The translations under genes were made by a program, and so were the position numbers. Below are positions 29,951 through 40,507 of a stretch of DNA of 64,000 bases, piece by piece. The stretch covers positions 3,328,001 through 3,392,000 of the forward strand of contig OZ220691.1 of assembly GCA_965116475.1 (NCBI GenBank), read 5' to 3'. Within the stretch, counting starts at the first letter, position 1; the number at the start of each line of letters is the position of its first letter. The notes under the pieces are model-generated. The model was not told the DNA's origin. It saw only the letters and a program-made list of their open reading frames with translations, and searched no databases. The DNA comes from Gemmatimonadota bacterium (GTDB taxonomy: Bacteria > Gemmatimonadota > Gemmatimonadetes > Palauibacterales > Palauibacteraceae).

Positions 29951-32053
29951 ATGACGTCGTCACGAGAACACAGGGTCGTCAGCTCCGCGATCGCCTTCCG
30001 GGTGGCCGCCGGCGCGCTCGCGCTCGCCATCCTCGCCCCCGCCGGTCCGCTCGCCGGACAGGAGCGGGACCCGGACCACTTCGGCCCGGCGGACGTGTTC
30101 GAACTCGAGATCGCCGGCGATCCGCGGATCTCGCCCGATGGTTCCCGGGTCGTCTACGTGCGGTCCTCGATGGACATCATGACCGACCGTCAGCGCAGCA
30201 ACCTGTGGATCGTCGACTACGACGGTTCGAACCACCGTCCGCTCCTCACCGGACAGAAGAACTTCTCGTCCCCGCGCTGGTCGCCGGACGGCACGAAACT
30301 CCTTTACGTCGCGAGCGACGAGCACGGGAAGGCGCAGCTCTATCTGCGCTGGATGGACACCGGACAGACGGCCCTCCTCACGCAGCTGGAGCGCGGCCCT
30401 GGCGGTCTCGCCTGGTCCCCCGACGGGAGCATGATCGCCTTCAGCATGTTCGTCCCGGACACGCCGCCGCCCTTCGCGCAGATGCCGGCCAAGCCCGAAG
30501 GCGCGACGTGGGCGCCGCCCGCCACGACGTACGAGCGGCTCTACTACCGCTCCGACAGCCAGGGCTTCCTGCCGGTCGGCTACTCCCACGTCTTCGTCCT
30601 CCCCGCGGAGGGAGGGACGCCGCGCCAGGTCACGCACGGCCCCTACAACCACGGCGGGACGCCCGAGTGGACGCCCGATTCGCAGCACCTGCTGATCTCG
30701 GCCACCCGGCGCGACGACTGGGAGTACGTACGGGACTCCGAGGTCTTCGAGTTCTCCGTGGCGGATGGGGCGGTCCGGCAGCTCACGGACCGGCGCGGAC
30801 CGGACTCCGGCCCCGTCGTGTCGCCGGACGGCGGCATGATCGCCTACACCGGCTACGATGACCGTTTCCTCGGACACCAGGTGTCGAAGCTGTACGTGAT
30901 GAACCGCGACGGGTCCGGCTCGCGCCTCATCGCCGACGACCTCGACCGCTCGATCGGAAACGTGCACTGGGCGAGCGATGGGGCGGGGCTCTTCTTCCAG
31001 TACGACACCGAGGGGAACACGCGGCTGGCCCACGTCGACCTCGACGGGAACGTGACGGACATCGTCTCCAGCGTGCAGGGTCTGTCGATCGGCCGTCCCT
31101 ATGGGGGCGGTACCTTCTCCACCTCCGGCAACGACCGTTTCGCCTACACCTACGGGACGCCCGACCACCCGGCGGATCTCGCGGTGACGAATCGCGGCGG
31201 CGACTGGCAGCGGCTCACGCACCTGAACGAGGACCTCTTCGCGCAGAAGGCGATCGGGGAGACGGAGGAGGTCTGGTACAAGTCCTCGCACGACGGACTC
31301 GACATCCAGGGCTGGATCGTGAAGCCGCCGGACTTCGACCCGGGCCGCAAGTATCCGCTCCTGCTCGAGATCCACGGCGGGCCGTTCGCCAACTACGGTG
31401 ACCGCTTCAGCGCCGAGGTCCAGTTGTTCGCCTCGGCAGGGTACGTCGTCCTCTACACGAACCCGCGCGGGAGTACGAGCTATGGCGAGGATTTCGGGAA
31501 CGAGATCCACCACGCGTATCCGAGTTACGACTTCGACGACCTCATGTCCGGCGTCGATGAAGTGATCTCGCGCGGATACATCGACGAGGACCAGCTGTTC
31601 GTCACCGGCGGCTCGGGCGGCGGCGTGCTGACGGCCTGGATCGTGACGCACACGGACCGTTTCGCGGCGGCCGCGTCGCAGAAGCCCGTCATCAACTGGT
31701 ATTCGTGGGTCCTGACCGCGGACATGGGAGGCAGCGGCGGGATCAACTACTGGTTCCCGGGCGCGCCGTGGGACAACCTCGAGCACTACATGGAGCGGTC
31801 GCCGGTGCACCACATCGCGAACGTGACCACGCCGACCATGCTCATCACCGGAGAGGTCGACTGGCGCACGCCGATGTCGGAGTCGGAGCAGTTCTACCAG
31901 GCGCTGAGGATCCGGAAGGTGCCGTCGGTGCTCGTGCGGATTCCCGAGGCGAACCACAGCATCGGCGCGCGTCCGAGCGGCCTCATCAGCAAGGTGCAGC
32001 ACATCCTCGCCTGGTTCGAGCGCTACCGGACGAGCGGAACGACGACCCAGTGA
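29951..32053 (+). CDS. S9 family acylaminoacyl-peptidase-like, secreted
   Basis: AGGAGG RBS, signal peptide, IHGGP, GGSGGG, GEVDWRTP, EANH. Confidence 0.9.
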   Translation: MTSSREHRVVSSAIAFRVAAGALALAILAPAGPLAGQERDPDHFGPADVFELEIAGDPRISPDGSRVVYVRSSMDIMTDRQRSNLWIVDYDGSNHRPLLTGQKNFSSPRWSPDGTKLLYVASDEHGKAQLYLRWMDTGQTALLTQLERGPGGLAWSPDGSMIAFSMFVPDTPPPFAQMPAKPEGATWAPPATTYERLYYRSDSQGFLPVGYSHVFVLPAEGGTPRQVTHGPYNHGGTPEWTPDSQHLLISATRRDDWEYVRDSEVFEFSVADGAVRQLTDRRGPDSGPVVSPDGGMIAYTGYDDRFLGHQVSKLYVMNRDGSGSRLIADDLDRSIGNVHWASDGAGLFFQYDTEGNTRLAHVDLDGNVTDIVSSVQGLSIGRPYGGGTFSTSGNDRFAYTYGTPDHPADLAVTNRGGDWQRLTHLNEDLFAQKAIGETEEVWYKSSHDGLDIQGWIVKPPDFDPGRKYPLLLEIHGGPFANYGDRFSAEVQLFASAGYVVLYTNPRGSTSYGEDFGNEIHHAYPSYDFDDLMSGVDEVISRGYIDEDQLFVTGGSGGGVLTAWIVTHTDRFAAAASQKPVINWYSWVLTADMGGSGGINYWFPGAPWDNLEHYMERSPVHHIANVTTPTMLITGEVDWRTPMSESEQFYQALRIRKVPSVLVRIPEANHSIGARPSGLISKVQHILAWFERYRTSGTTTQ

Positions 32054-32074
32054 AGACAACCCAGTGACGACGCG

Positions 32075-34042
32075 ATGAGCCGCGACGGGACCGGCAGGTC
32101 GGACAGGGAACTCGGGCTCGACCGGGAGATTACGCGGCGCGACTTCGTCCAGTTGGCGGGGGCCGGGATCGCGGGCTCCGCGCTCCTCGGGTGCGGGACC
32201 GAAGCTCCTGGAGGCGGCAGCGGCATCGCGGTTCCGGGGATGGCTTCGGAGCCATGGTCCGACGCGCTGGGGCCGGACTGGTACGGGCCCGGCGGGGTGG
32301 GGGACTACGCGTCCTCGCACGGGAACACGCCGGAGGTCGTCCGCTCGGCGCACTGGGTCCGCGATGGGCGGGCTCCAGGCGGAGGGGTGACGGACACAGG
32401 GGAGCGTTTCGACGTCGTGATCGTCGGCGGCGGGCTCGCGGGACTCTCCGCCGCGCACCACTTCAAGCGGCACCGGCCCTCGGGCCGCTGTCTCGTCCTC
32501 GACAACCACCCCGTGTTCGGCGGCGAGGCGAAACGCAACGACATCATGGTCGACGGCGTGCGCCTGGCCGGGCCGCAGGGGTCGAACGACTTCGGCGTGC
32601 GCCCGCCCACGGGAGAGCCGGATGACTACTTCACGACGCTGGGGATCCCGCGCGAGTTCGAGTACGCGCCCGACGCCGGCCAGGTGAAGGCGCCGCTCGA
32701 GAACTACGGCTTCATGCACTGGGTGCAGGACCAGTTCTCCATCGGGCACTACTTCGGCGGGACGCGGCGCGGCGGCCGGCCGGGCTGGTCGGGAGGGTCG
32801 GGAGGCTGGGTCAACGGCCTCTTCGGCGACACCTCGCGCGCACCCTGGACGCCGGAGGTGCGGGAGGGCTTCGAACGCTGGCGGAACGCCCGGGTCACGG
32901 ACCACGTGCCGCCGGACGCCCCCGGGGGACCGGACAACCCCGGGCCGTGGCTCGACGGCATGACGCTCAAGGCCTACTACGAGGATGTGCTCGGCCTGCC
33001 GCCGGAGGTGACCGCGTATGTGGATCCGATCCTCGCCAGCATCATCGGGCTCGGCTGCGACGCGATCTCCGCGTGGTGGGGGATGCACTTCGACCTGCCC
33101 GGCTTCGGGCTCCCGTCCCGCTACGACGGCATGACCTTCCACTCCTTCCCCGGCGGGAACGCGGGGATCGCCCGCTACTTCGTGAAGGACGTCGTGCCTG
33201 ACGGGATCGCGGGCGAGCGCACCCTGGGGGACGTGCTGAACGGGGCGATCGACTTCGGCGCGATCGACCGGCCGGATCAGCCCGCGCGCCTGCGGCTCGG
33301 ATGTACCGCGATCGACGTGCGCCACACCGGGAACGGCGACGGCCGCGTGCGCGTCACCTACGTGCACGGGGATCGCGCCTGGTCGGTCGAAGCGGAAGGT
33401 GTCGTGCTCGCGAGCGGGGGATGGATGAACCGCTACATCGCCGCCGACCTGCCGGACGGGCACCGCGCGGCCTACGAGCACTTCCGCCACGGGCCGATCC
33501 TCGTCGCGAACGTAGCGCTCCGGAACTGGCGCTTCCTCGACCGCCTCGGGATCGCCGGCTGCTTCTACGAGGGCGACCTCGGCTTCTCGTGCAACATCCG
33601 GCGGCCCATGTACGCGGGAGATTACCGGCCCGTCCACGCGCCCGATCACCCGACGATGCTGACCTTCTACATCACGTACGAGTCGCCCGGCCCATCGCCG
33701 GCGGACCAGGGGATGGCGGGCCGCACGGAGATGCTGAGCACGTCCTTCACGGAGTACGAGAGACGGCTGCGCGCGCAGATGGTCGAGCTTTTCGCGGAGG
33801 GCGGCTTCGATCCGGCCGAGGACATCGCCGGCCTCGTGCTCAATCGGTGGGGGCACGCCTATGTGGCGCCCGGACCCGGCTTCTTCTTCGGACGCGACGG
33901 AGCCCCGGCCCCGCCGGATGTGATTCGCGAACCGTTCGGCCGCGTCGCGATCGGGCATTCCGAACTGCGCGGGCACCAGAACTGGACCGGCGCGTCCGCC
34001 GAGGGGCGCCGCGCCGTCGAGACCGTCCTCGATCTCATCTGA
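32075..34042 (+). CDS. Tat-exported FAD oxidoreductase, spermidine dehydrogenase (SpdH)-like
   Basis: ITRRDF Tat motif, GGGLAG, LDNH..FGGEAKRN, FPGGNAGIAR, NRWGHAY, PFGRVAI. Confidence 0.75.
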   Translation: MSRDGTGRSDRELGLDREITRRDFVQLAGAGIAGSALLGCGTEAPGGGSGIAVPGMASEPWSDALGPDWYGPGGVGDYASSHGNTPEVVRSAHWVRDGRAPGGGVTDTGERFDVVIVGGGLAGLSAAHHFKRHRPSGRCLVLDNHPVFGGEAKRNDIMVDGVRLAGPQGSNDFGVRPPTGEPDDYFTTLGIPREFEYAPDAGQVKAPLENYGFMHWVQDQFSIGHYFGGTRRGGRPGWSGGSGGWVNGLFGDTSRAPWTPEVREGFERWRNARVTDHVPPDAPGGPDNPGPWLDGMTLKAYYEDVLGLPPEVTAYVDPILASIIGLGCDAISAWWGMHFDLPGFGLPSRYDGMTFHSFPGGNAGIARYFVKDVVPDGIAGERTLGDVLNGAIDFGAIDRPDQPARLRLGCTAIDVRHTGNGDGRVRVTYVHGDRAWSVEAEGVVLASGGWMNRYIAADLPDGHRAAYEHFRHGPILVANVALRNWRFLDRLGIAGCFYEGDLGFSCNIRRPMYAGDYRPVHAPDHPTMLTFYITYESPGPSPADQGMAGRTEMLSTSFTEYERRLRAQMVELFAEGGFDPAEDIAGLVLNRWGHAYVAPGPGFFFGRDGAPAPPDVIREPFGRVAIGHSELRGHQNWTGASAEGRRAVETVLDLI

Positions 34043-34064
34043 GGCCACCGCTGATGCCACCGCG

Positions 34065-34844
34065 ATGCGACGGGTGACGCCGCGGGCGGGCTCCCGCGGC
34101 CTGTGGACGCTTGTCCTCTGCGCGCTGGCGGGCTGCGCAGCCCCCTCGGTTCCGTCCATCCCGTACGAGATCCTGGGGACGTTTCCGCACGATCCCGCCG
34201 CGTACACGCAGGGACTCCTCTTCCACGACGGACAACTCCTCGAGAGCACCGGCCGCTACGGCGAATCGAGCGTGCGGCGGGTGGACGTGCCGACCGGCGA
34301 AGTCCTGGCGAGCGTCGCGGTGGACTCGGCCCTTTTCGGCGAAGGACTCGCCCGGGTGGACTCGGAACTCGTGCAACTCACATGGAAGTCCGGCCGGGCC
34401 TTCATCTACGATCTCGAGACCTTCGAGGTGCTCCGGGAGTTCGCCTACGAGGGTGAGGGCTGGGGCCTCTGCTACGACGGCGACTCGCTCTGGATGTCCG
34501 ATGGATCGAGCGCGCTCGAGCGCCGGAGCCCGCAGGACTTTACGGTTCTCGCGACGGTCGAGGTCACGCGGGCCGGGTCGCGGCAGGGTCGGCTGAACGA
34601 ACTCGAATGCGTGGACGACTGGATCTACGCCAACGTCTACCAGACCGACCTCATCGTCCGCATCGACAAGGCCACCGGAGAGGTGCTCGGCGAAATCGAC
34701 CTCTCGAGCGTCCCCCTCAGCGCCCGCAAGCCCGGAGACATCGAAGCCGTACTCAACGGCATCGCCTACGTCCCCGACACCGGCGTCTTCCTCGTCACCG
34801 GCAAACTCTGGCCCAACCTCCTCGCCCTCCGCCTCGAAGACTAG
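34065..34844 (+). CDS. Glutaminyl-peptide cyclotransferase (lipoprotein)
   Basis: PHD..AYTQGL, ESTG.YG.S, FGEG, EGWGL, LNELE, LNGIA, TGKLWP. Confidence 0.92.
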   Translation: MRRVTPRAGSRGLWTLVLCALAGCAAPSVPSIPYEILGTFPHDPAAYTQGLLFHDGQLLESTGRYGESSVRRVDVPTGEVLASVAVDSALFGEGLARVDSELVQLTWKSGRAFIYDLETFEVLREFAYEGEGWGLCYDGDSLWMSDGSSALERRSPQDFTVLATVEVTRAGSRQGRLNELECVDDWIYANVYQTDLIVRIDKATGEVLGEIDLSSVPLSARKPGDIEAVLNGIAYVPDTGVFLVTGKLWPNLLALRLED

Positions 34845-34858
34845 GAGCGGCGGTGGCC

Positions 34859-35875
34859 TCAGCCGCGATTTGCCCTCTGCTCGATGTCGGCGCAGCGATC
34901 GATGATCTCCTCGAACGCTTCCTCATCATCGAACAGCATGCCATCGCGCAGCATCTTTTCATAGTCGTCGGCGAGAGCTTCCCTGAAGGGACCGTCGGGG
35001 CACAGTTGAAGCCCGCCGGAAACGGCCGCTTCGTAGTCGATCCAGTCTCCTGACCTGTCCCTCTCCCGGAAGAAAAGCGACTTGTGGCGAGCCACGGAAC
35101 GAGCAAGTTCACGGTCCGGTAGCGCTCTCTCCACGTAGCCGGTGTCGTCCAACCGAACCAGGTCGTGCCAATGTCTGGAGAGACGCGTCCCGCGCTGTGT
35201 GCGTCGACGGCAGAAGACATGTATCGCCGTAGCCTTCTCCCAGAAGGTACGCTCGGCCAACATCACCAAAGGTGTCGCCGACGGGAGATGGACATCGCTT
35301 ATCGACGAAGCGGCGTCGCATTCGATGCGCCGCTCCTCTCGGGGCTCACCCGTCGACCGCGCGCCAAACTCCACGAACACTTCCGGCAGGACGAAGCCAT
35401 AATCGTCGAACAGAGGTTCGTAACCGACGTAGATGCGGTCGGCGTCGGCTCGCACCCGGGCCGGAAATCCGCTTCGGGCCAGCCCCTCGCGGATGACCGG
35501 AACCGCTTCGTCTCTGGCCCATTCCGCTAGCCTCGAACGGATCATCCGTGTCCAGCGACGTTCCTGGCTTCGCGTCGGGGGAAGCGCCTCCTCCCCAGCT
35601 CCGGAGACCAGTTCCGGAGCGAAGCGGCGGATGTCATATGTGATGTCGACATCCTCGGAGAAACGGTGGATCGCGCGGTAGGCCTTGGCCAGCGATGTCC
35701 CGCCCTTGAACACCAGGTCCTGGCCGTATGGCGCCTCGAAGAGTACGGAAAGGGTCTGGACGACCCAGATGTCCTTTTCGAGCAGGTGCGCGGGACGGCC
35801 GCCAAGGCTCGTGGCGGTTTCGAGTGCCTCACGCCGTTCCGGTGCGGACAGAGTCTGGAATCGAACCTTACCCAC
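34859..35875 (-). CDS. AbiEii-type nucleotidyltransferase toxin
   Basis: LLEKDIWV, FKGGTSL.K, RFSEDVD, ERTFWEK, SRHWHD. Confidence 0.9.
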   Translation of the reverse strand: MGKVRFQTLSAPERREALETATSLGGRPAHLLEKDIWVVQTLSVLFEAPYGQDLVFKGGTSLAKAYRAIHRFSEDVDITYDIRRFAPELVSGAGEEALPPTRSQERRWTRMIRSRLAEWARDEAVPVIREGLARSGFPARVRADADRIYVGYEPLFDDYGFVLPEVFVEFGARSTGEPREERRIECDAASSISDVHLPSATPLVMLAERTFWEKATAIHVFCRRRTQRGTRLSRHWHDLVRLDDTGYVERALPDRELARSVARHKSLFFRERDRSGDWIDYEAAVSGGLQLCPDGPFREALADDYEKMLRDGMLFDDEEAFEEIIDRCADIEQRANRG

Positions 35876-36464
35876 GAGCGACCAGGGCGCTGAGAGGCGT
35901 CGCGATCCATAGGGGCAGGATCGGGCGTGTAGCTGCGAGTTCCGCGAGATCTGCCGGGCCGAGCTTGCGCTCGATCTGCTCGATGTTCCGTTCCACTTCC
36001 GCAGGGCCCAGCCAGGCCAGGGCACGAATGGCCAGTCCGGCGGGTCGTCCCGGAGCAACGAGCTGCCAGCGTGGCGCATGACGCAGGCGGATGATCAAGG
36101 CATACAACCGCAACACTCGATTCGGGCCCGACGTGAGGTACACCAATCGGACCGGCACTTGAGTCGTCAGGCCGAGGACGTTCGCGGCCGCCCCGCCGCT
36201 CGGGACGATGGTTTCTCCCCACAAGGCCGAAAGTGCTTCAATGACGGTCGCGGCACCGGGCGCGCGAACGCCGAACCGGGTTTCTATCGGACGCACGTAG
36301 ACGCCCCGGCAGACTCGCAACAGCAGCCCTTGCCGGGCGAGGCGGGAGAGCGCCTGGTCGACGGCCGCCCGGTTTCCCAGATGGAGCAGGCCGTTGGCAC
36401 GAATTGGTGTGCCTTCCGGCAGCGTGGCTGCGTGTTCCGCGATCTGGCTTGGGAGTCCCGGCAT
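35868..36464 (-). CDS. AbiEi-type (DUF6088-like) antitoxin
   Basis: AVDQALSRL...RVCRGVY, AAN.LGLTTQVP, YLTSG; overlaps the toxin start. Confidence 0.85.
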   Translation of the reverse strand: MPGLPSQIAEHAATLPEGTPIRANGLLHLGNRAAVDQALSRLARQGLLLRVCRGVYVRPIETRFGVRAPGAATVIEALSALWGETIVPSGGAAANVLGLTTQVPVRLVYLTSGPNRVLRLYALIIRLRHAPRWQLVAPGRPAGLAIRALAWLGPAEVERNIEQIERKLGPADLAELAATRPILPLWIATPLSALVARG

Positions 36465-36493
36465 GGTTCCCTTCCGTTTTTTTCGTTTCAACA

Positions 36494-36519
36494 GTCAGAA
36501 ATATAAATTAGTTTCTGAC
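36494..36519. promoter_or_regulatory. Inverted-repeat operator of the AbiE pair
   Basis: GTCAGAAA-N10-TTTCTGAC in an AT-rich segment 30 bp upstream of the antitoxin start. Confidence 0.7.
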
Positions 36520-36554
36520 ACACTGCACGCAACGAACCTAACCCCAACAGCAAG

Positions 36555-37763
36555 CTACGCGATTCGGGCGAAGCGGTCGCCGAGGGTTTGGAGGCGGGCG
36601 GCGGGTTCGTTGCTGAATACGAGGCGGAGTTGGTGTTCGGCGTCGGGGCCGCCCCAGGCGTCCATGGGTGTGGCGGCGACGCCCGCGCGGGCGAGGAGCC
36701 GTCCGGAGAGCTCGCGGGCGGTGAGGCCGAGGGGCCGGGTGTCGACGAGGAGCGACCAGCCTCCGGCGGCGGGGCGGACCGGGTAGTCCCGGAGCGCCTC
36801 CAGCACTGCGTCCCGGCGCCGCTCCCAGCGCCGCACGCTCGCGGCCACATCCTCCGCTTCGTCCGCGGCGGTCAGCGCGGCCAGCGCGCCGGGCTGCCCG
36901 ATCCCGACGCCCGTTACGACGTTGTAGATCCCGACCTTGGCCACATCCGCCATGACGACGGCGGGCCCGACGATCCAGCCCGTGCGCCAACCGATCATGC
37001 GGTGCTCCTTGGAGACCGAGCCCACCGTGAGCGTGCGGTCGCGCATGCCCGGGAGGCCGGCCGGGTGCAGGTAGGGACGGCCGTCGTAGAGGATGCGCTC
37101 CATCGCGGCGTTGTAGATGAGCCACAGGTCGTGACGCTCACACAGCGCCGCGAGGAACGCCCAGTCGTCGGCGTCGAGCACGCCCCCGGACGGCATGGAC
37201 GGGTTCATGATGAAGAGCGCCCGGGTTCGGCTGCCGACGCACCCGGAGAGGGCGTCGAGGTCGAGGCGCCAGCCCCCTGCGGAGTCGAAGACCCAGGGTG
37301 CGAGCCGGGGGAGCGCACCCGCCAGCCGCACGCGCTGGAGCATGCCGGCGTACGTGGGGTCGGTGAGGATCACCTCGTCGCCCGGATCCACCGTGGCGAG
37401 CAGGGCGTTGAACAGGCCTTCGGTGCCGCCCGCGGTGATCACGCACTCCCGGTCCGGGTCGTATTCCCGCCCGGCGAGCCGGCCGACGTGCCGGGCGGCC
37501 GCCGCGCGGAGGTCGGCCCGTCCCGTGAAGGGCAGGTAGCTGTTGGCGGCCGGCGAGTCGAGCGCGGCGCGGGTGGTGGCCACGGCCGCCGCGGGCGGGC
37601 GCAGGTCGGTGTCGAGGTTCTCGAGCCGGAGGATGCCGGAGTCGCCCGCCGCCGCCCGCGCCACCCCGTCGATGTCGAACCCCGGAATGCCCTTCAGCCG
37701 CCTGGGCGGAGTACGCGCGCTGCCCTCCGCGGCGCTCCCCTGCCTGCCCTCCGCGGCGCTCAC
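36555..37763 (-). CDS. PLP-dependent aminotransferase class I/II
   Basis: ITAGGTEG, NPSMPSG, GSVSKE.RM.GWR.G. Confidence 0.88.
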   Translation of the reverse strand: MSAAEGRQGSAAEGSARTPPRRLKGIPGFDIDGVARAAAGDSGILRLENLDTDLRPPAAAVATTRAALDSPAANSYLPFTGRADLRAAAARHVGRLAGREYDPDRECVITAGGTEGLFNALLATVDPGDEVILTDPTYAGMLQRVRLAGALPRLAPWVFDSAGGWRLDLDALSGCVGSRTRALFIMNPSMPSGGVLDADDWAFLAALCERHDLWLIYNAAMERILYDGRPYLHPAGLPGMRDRTLTVGSVSKEHRMIGWRTGWIVGPAVVMADVAKVGIYNVVTGVGIGQPGALAALTAADEAEDVAASVRRWERRRDAVLEALRDYPVRPAAGGWSLLVDTRPLGLTARELSGRLLARAGVAATPMDAWGGPDAEHQLRLVFSNEPAARLQTLGDRFARIA

Positions 37764-40341
37764 CCGCCCATCCTTCGCTGCAGCGCGTCGAGCGCCGCCA
37801 TGAGGTCCGGCTCGTCCGACAGCACGCCCAGAAGCGGATCCGCGTCCAGTTCCCGGGCCCTCTCCGGCATCGTGTGAATCGTGAAGTCCTCCATCGAGAG
37901 CCCCTCTCCCACCTCGGCCCAGGCCAGCGGCGCCGATACCGTCGCCCCGGCGCGCGGACGGACGGAATAGGGCGCCACCACGAGCCGTCCGCGGCCGTTC
38001 TGGACGTAGTCGAGGTAGATCTTGCCGTCTCGTCCCGCCGGGTTCCGCACGATCGTGGCCCGGCCGGGGATCTCCGCCGCCACCGCCTTCGCGAGGAGGA
38101 GCGCGAGCGTGCGCGACTGCTCATAATCGAGTTGCCCCCCGAGCGGGATCATCACGTGGATGCCAGAGGACCCGCTCGTCTTCGGATAGCTGGGCAGCCC
38201 AATCTCCTCGCACATGTCGCCGATCGTGCGCGCGACCTCTACGACGTCCTCGAAGGGAGCGTACACCTCCTCGCCGTCGCGCTTGTGCTTCGGATCGAGG
38301 TCGAGCAGGCACCAGTCGGGGCGGTCCAGGCTCCCGATGCGGCTCGCCCACACGTGCAGCGGGATGGCCCCGAGGTTCGCGACGAACACCAGCGTCGCCG
38401 GGTCATCGGCGATGAAGTAATGGATGTCGCGCTCGGAGCCCTCGCTCCAGATTGCCTCCGTGCGCACCCATTCGGGCTGGAATCCCGGCGCGTTCTTCTG
38501 GAAGAAGGATTTTCCGTCGATCCCATCCGGATAGCGCGTCAGCACGAGGGGCCGGTCCTCCAGGAACTTCAGCAGCCACGGCGCGATGTCGCGGTAGTAC
38601 GCGATCAGATCGCCCTTCGTATATCCCTCCTCCGGCCAGAACACCTTGTCCAGATTCGAGAGCGGCAGCTCCTCGACGGGCGGGGGCGAAGTGTCGACGC
38701 GCACCGGGTCCGCGAGCGCCGCGCGCGGGTCGCGCGGAAGCCGGCAGTCCGTTGGGAGTACATCCGTGAGGCCCAGGAAGACGGCGTGCCGAAGCAGGCC
38801 GCCCTCGGTGACTTCCTTGTAGCGGATGTCCGCGACGAGGCGGGGCTCGACCCAGGTGTGTTCGTCTCCGGCGGGGCCGGGGTCACGAACGCGGGGGCAT
38901 CCGACGTCAGCTCGTCGAGCCGGGTCCGGAGGGCTGTCAGCGTCTCGTCGTCGAAGCCCGTCCCGACGCGGCCGACGTAGTGCAGGGCGAGGTCGTCGTC
39001 GCCTGCCGACGCTCCCGCTGGCGAGTCGGCGGCACCGTAGGCGCCGAGGTGGAGCGCCCCGAAGCCCGTCCGCGAGCCGGCCGGGCTCGTGAAGCCGACG
39101 ATGACGAACCGGTCCCGGCGGGCCGCGTGGATCTTCCGCCAGTCGGGGGAGCGGCCGCCGGCGTACCGGGAGCTGGCACGCTTGGCCATGATCCCCTCCA
39201 GGCCCATCTCCTGCACCTGCCGAAGCAGCGCCTCCCCACAGCCCTCGAAGTGTTCGCTGAAGCGGATCGGACCCGCCTCCGGCACCGCGTCGCGCAGGAA
39301 ACGGCGCCGGTCGGAGAGCGGAAGGTCGCGCAGGTCGTGCCCGTCGAAGGCGAGGAGGTCGAAGGCGTAGAAACTCGCCGGCGCCGCGAACGAGGCCCGC
39401 CGGATATCGAGCGGGCGCGAGAGCCTCGCGCGCTTCTGCAGGCGCCGGAAGCTCGGGTACCCCGCCGCGTCGTGGACGACGACTTCGCCGTCCATGACGA
39501 CCCGCCGGAAAGGGAGTTTGCGCAGAGCCCGCGCGATATCCGGGAAAGTCGGAAGCGCGTCGTGTCCGTTGCGCGTCAGGAGGCTTGCCTCGCCGTCGAT
39601 CGCCGAGGCCAGCATGCGGTAGCCGTCGAGTTTGAGTTCGAAGTGCCACGCCGGGTCGTCGAACGCATCTTCGCGCGGCTGGGCGAGCATGAACTCCACA
39701 TCCGAAGGGTCGACCGGCCGCTCCGGCGCGCCCGCCGCCTCGAGGGCCGCGGCCACATCGTCCCCCGGATACCAGCCCTCCTCCCGCCGCGCCATCTGCT
39801 CGACGGTAAGCCCGGACAGGATGGAACTCTCGGGGAGCGACCCGTCCCCGAGGATTGGGTGCCCGCCGCGCCGCTCCCGGATCAGCAGCCACTCCTTCCC
39901 CGTCTCCCCCTTCTCGATCCGCACGAGCGTCCACACACCCTTGAGCTTGTGGCCTCGAAGCTCGAACAGGAGCTTGCCCTTCTCCAGCCCCTCCTCCGGA
40001 TCCTCGAGCATGATGCAGCGGCCGATGTCCCACACGATCATCTCGCCGCCGCCGTACTCGCCGGCCGGAATCACGCCCTCGAACTCGATGTACTCGACCG
40101 GATGATCCTCGACGTGAACGGCGAGTTTCCTGTCGGCGGGGTCGGCCGAGATCCCCTTCGGCACCGCCCACGAGACGAGGACGCCTCCGATCTCCAGGCG
40201 CAGGTCGTAGTGCCGCCGGGTGGCCGCGTGCAACTGGACGACGAAGACGCCGACACCCGTCGCGGGCGCCCCGCCGAAGGGCTCCGGCGTGCGCTCGGAA
40301 GCTCGCTTGTCCCGGTATTCCTCGAGTTTTTCGCGGGGCAT
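37760..40341 (-). pseudogene. ligD: NHEJ DNA ligase D (PE-LIG-POL), frameshifted near 38873-38882
   Basis: PE (QLHAATRRHYDLRLE) and ligase (ELKLDGYR) domains are in one frame; HTWVEPRLV...LRHAVF and the polymerase (LSNLDKV, RYPDG, DLDP, KTSG..G.H) are in another. One extra C restores the frame, so it may be an assembly error. Confidence 0.85.
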
Positions 40342-40507
40342 GCTCGCCGCACCCCTCCCGATGCTGGTTCCGGTCCGCCGGCTTCGGATTGCCCGCGCTC
40401 TGTGCGACAATCCGGGCCGCAACCTATTATTCCGCCCCCCGGTTCGGCATCAGAGCCGGGGCCTGGCATCGCGCCGGCGGTTCGGCGCGCACACGGAGAG
40501 GCGCAGC

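Noticed and set aside
29960..34249. 1429-aa minus-strand ORF, and similar long ORFs (6314-9211, 21937-24732, 41345-44212, 48090-52028)
   Set aside because: Antisense shadows of well-supported genes; stop codons are scarce in high-GC DNA and the translations have no recognisable motifs.
37760..40171. Separate 803-aa gene overlapping the ligase ORF
   Set aside because: Its N-terminal ~430 aa are off-frame nonsense; only the part after the frameshift is LigD.
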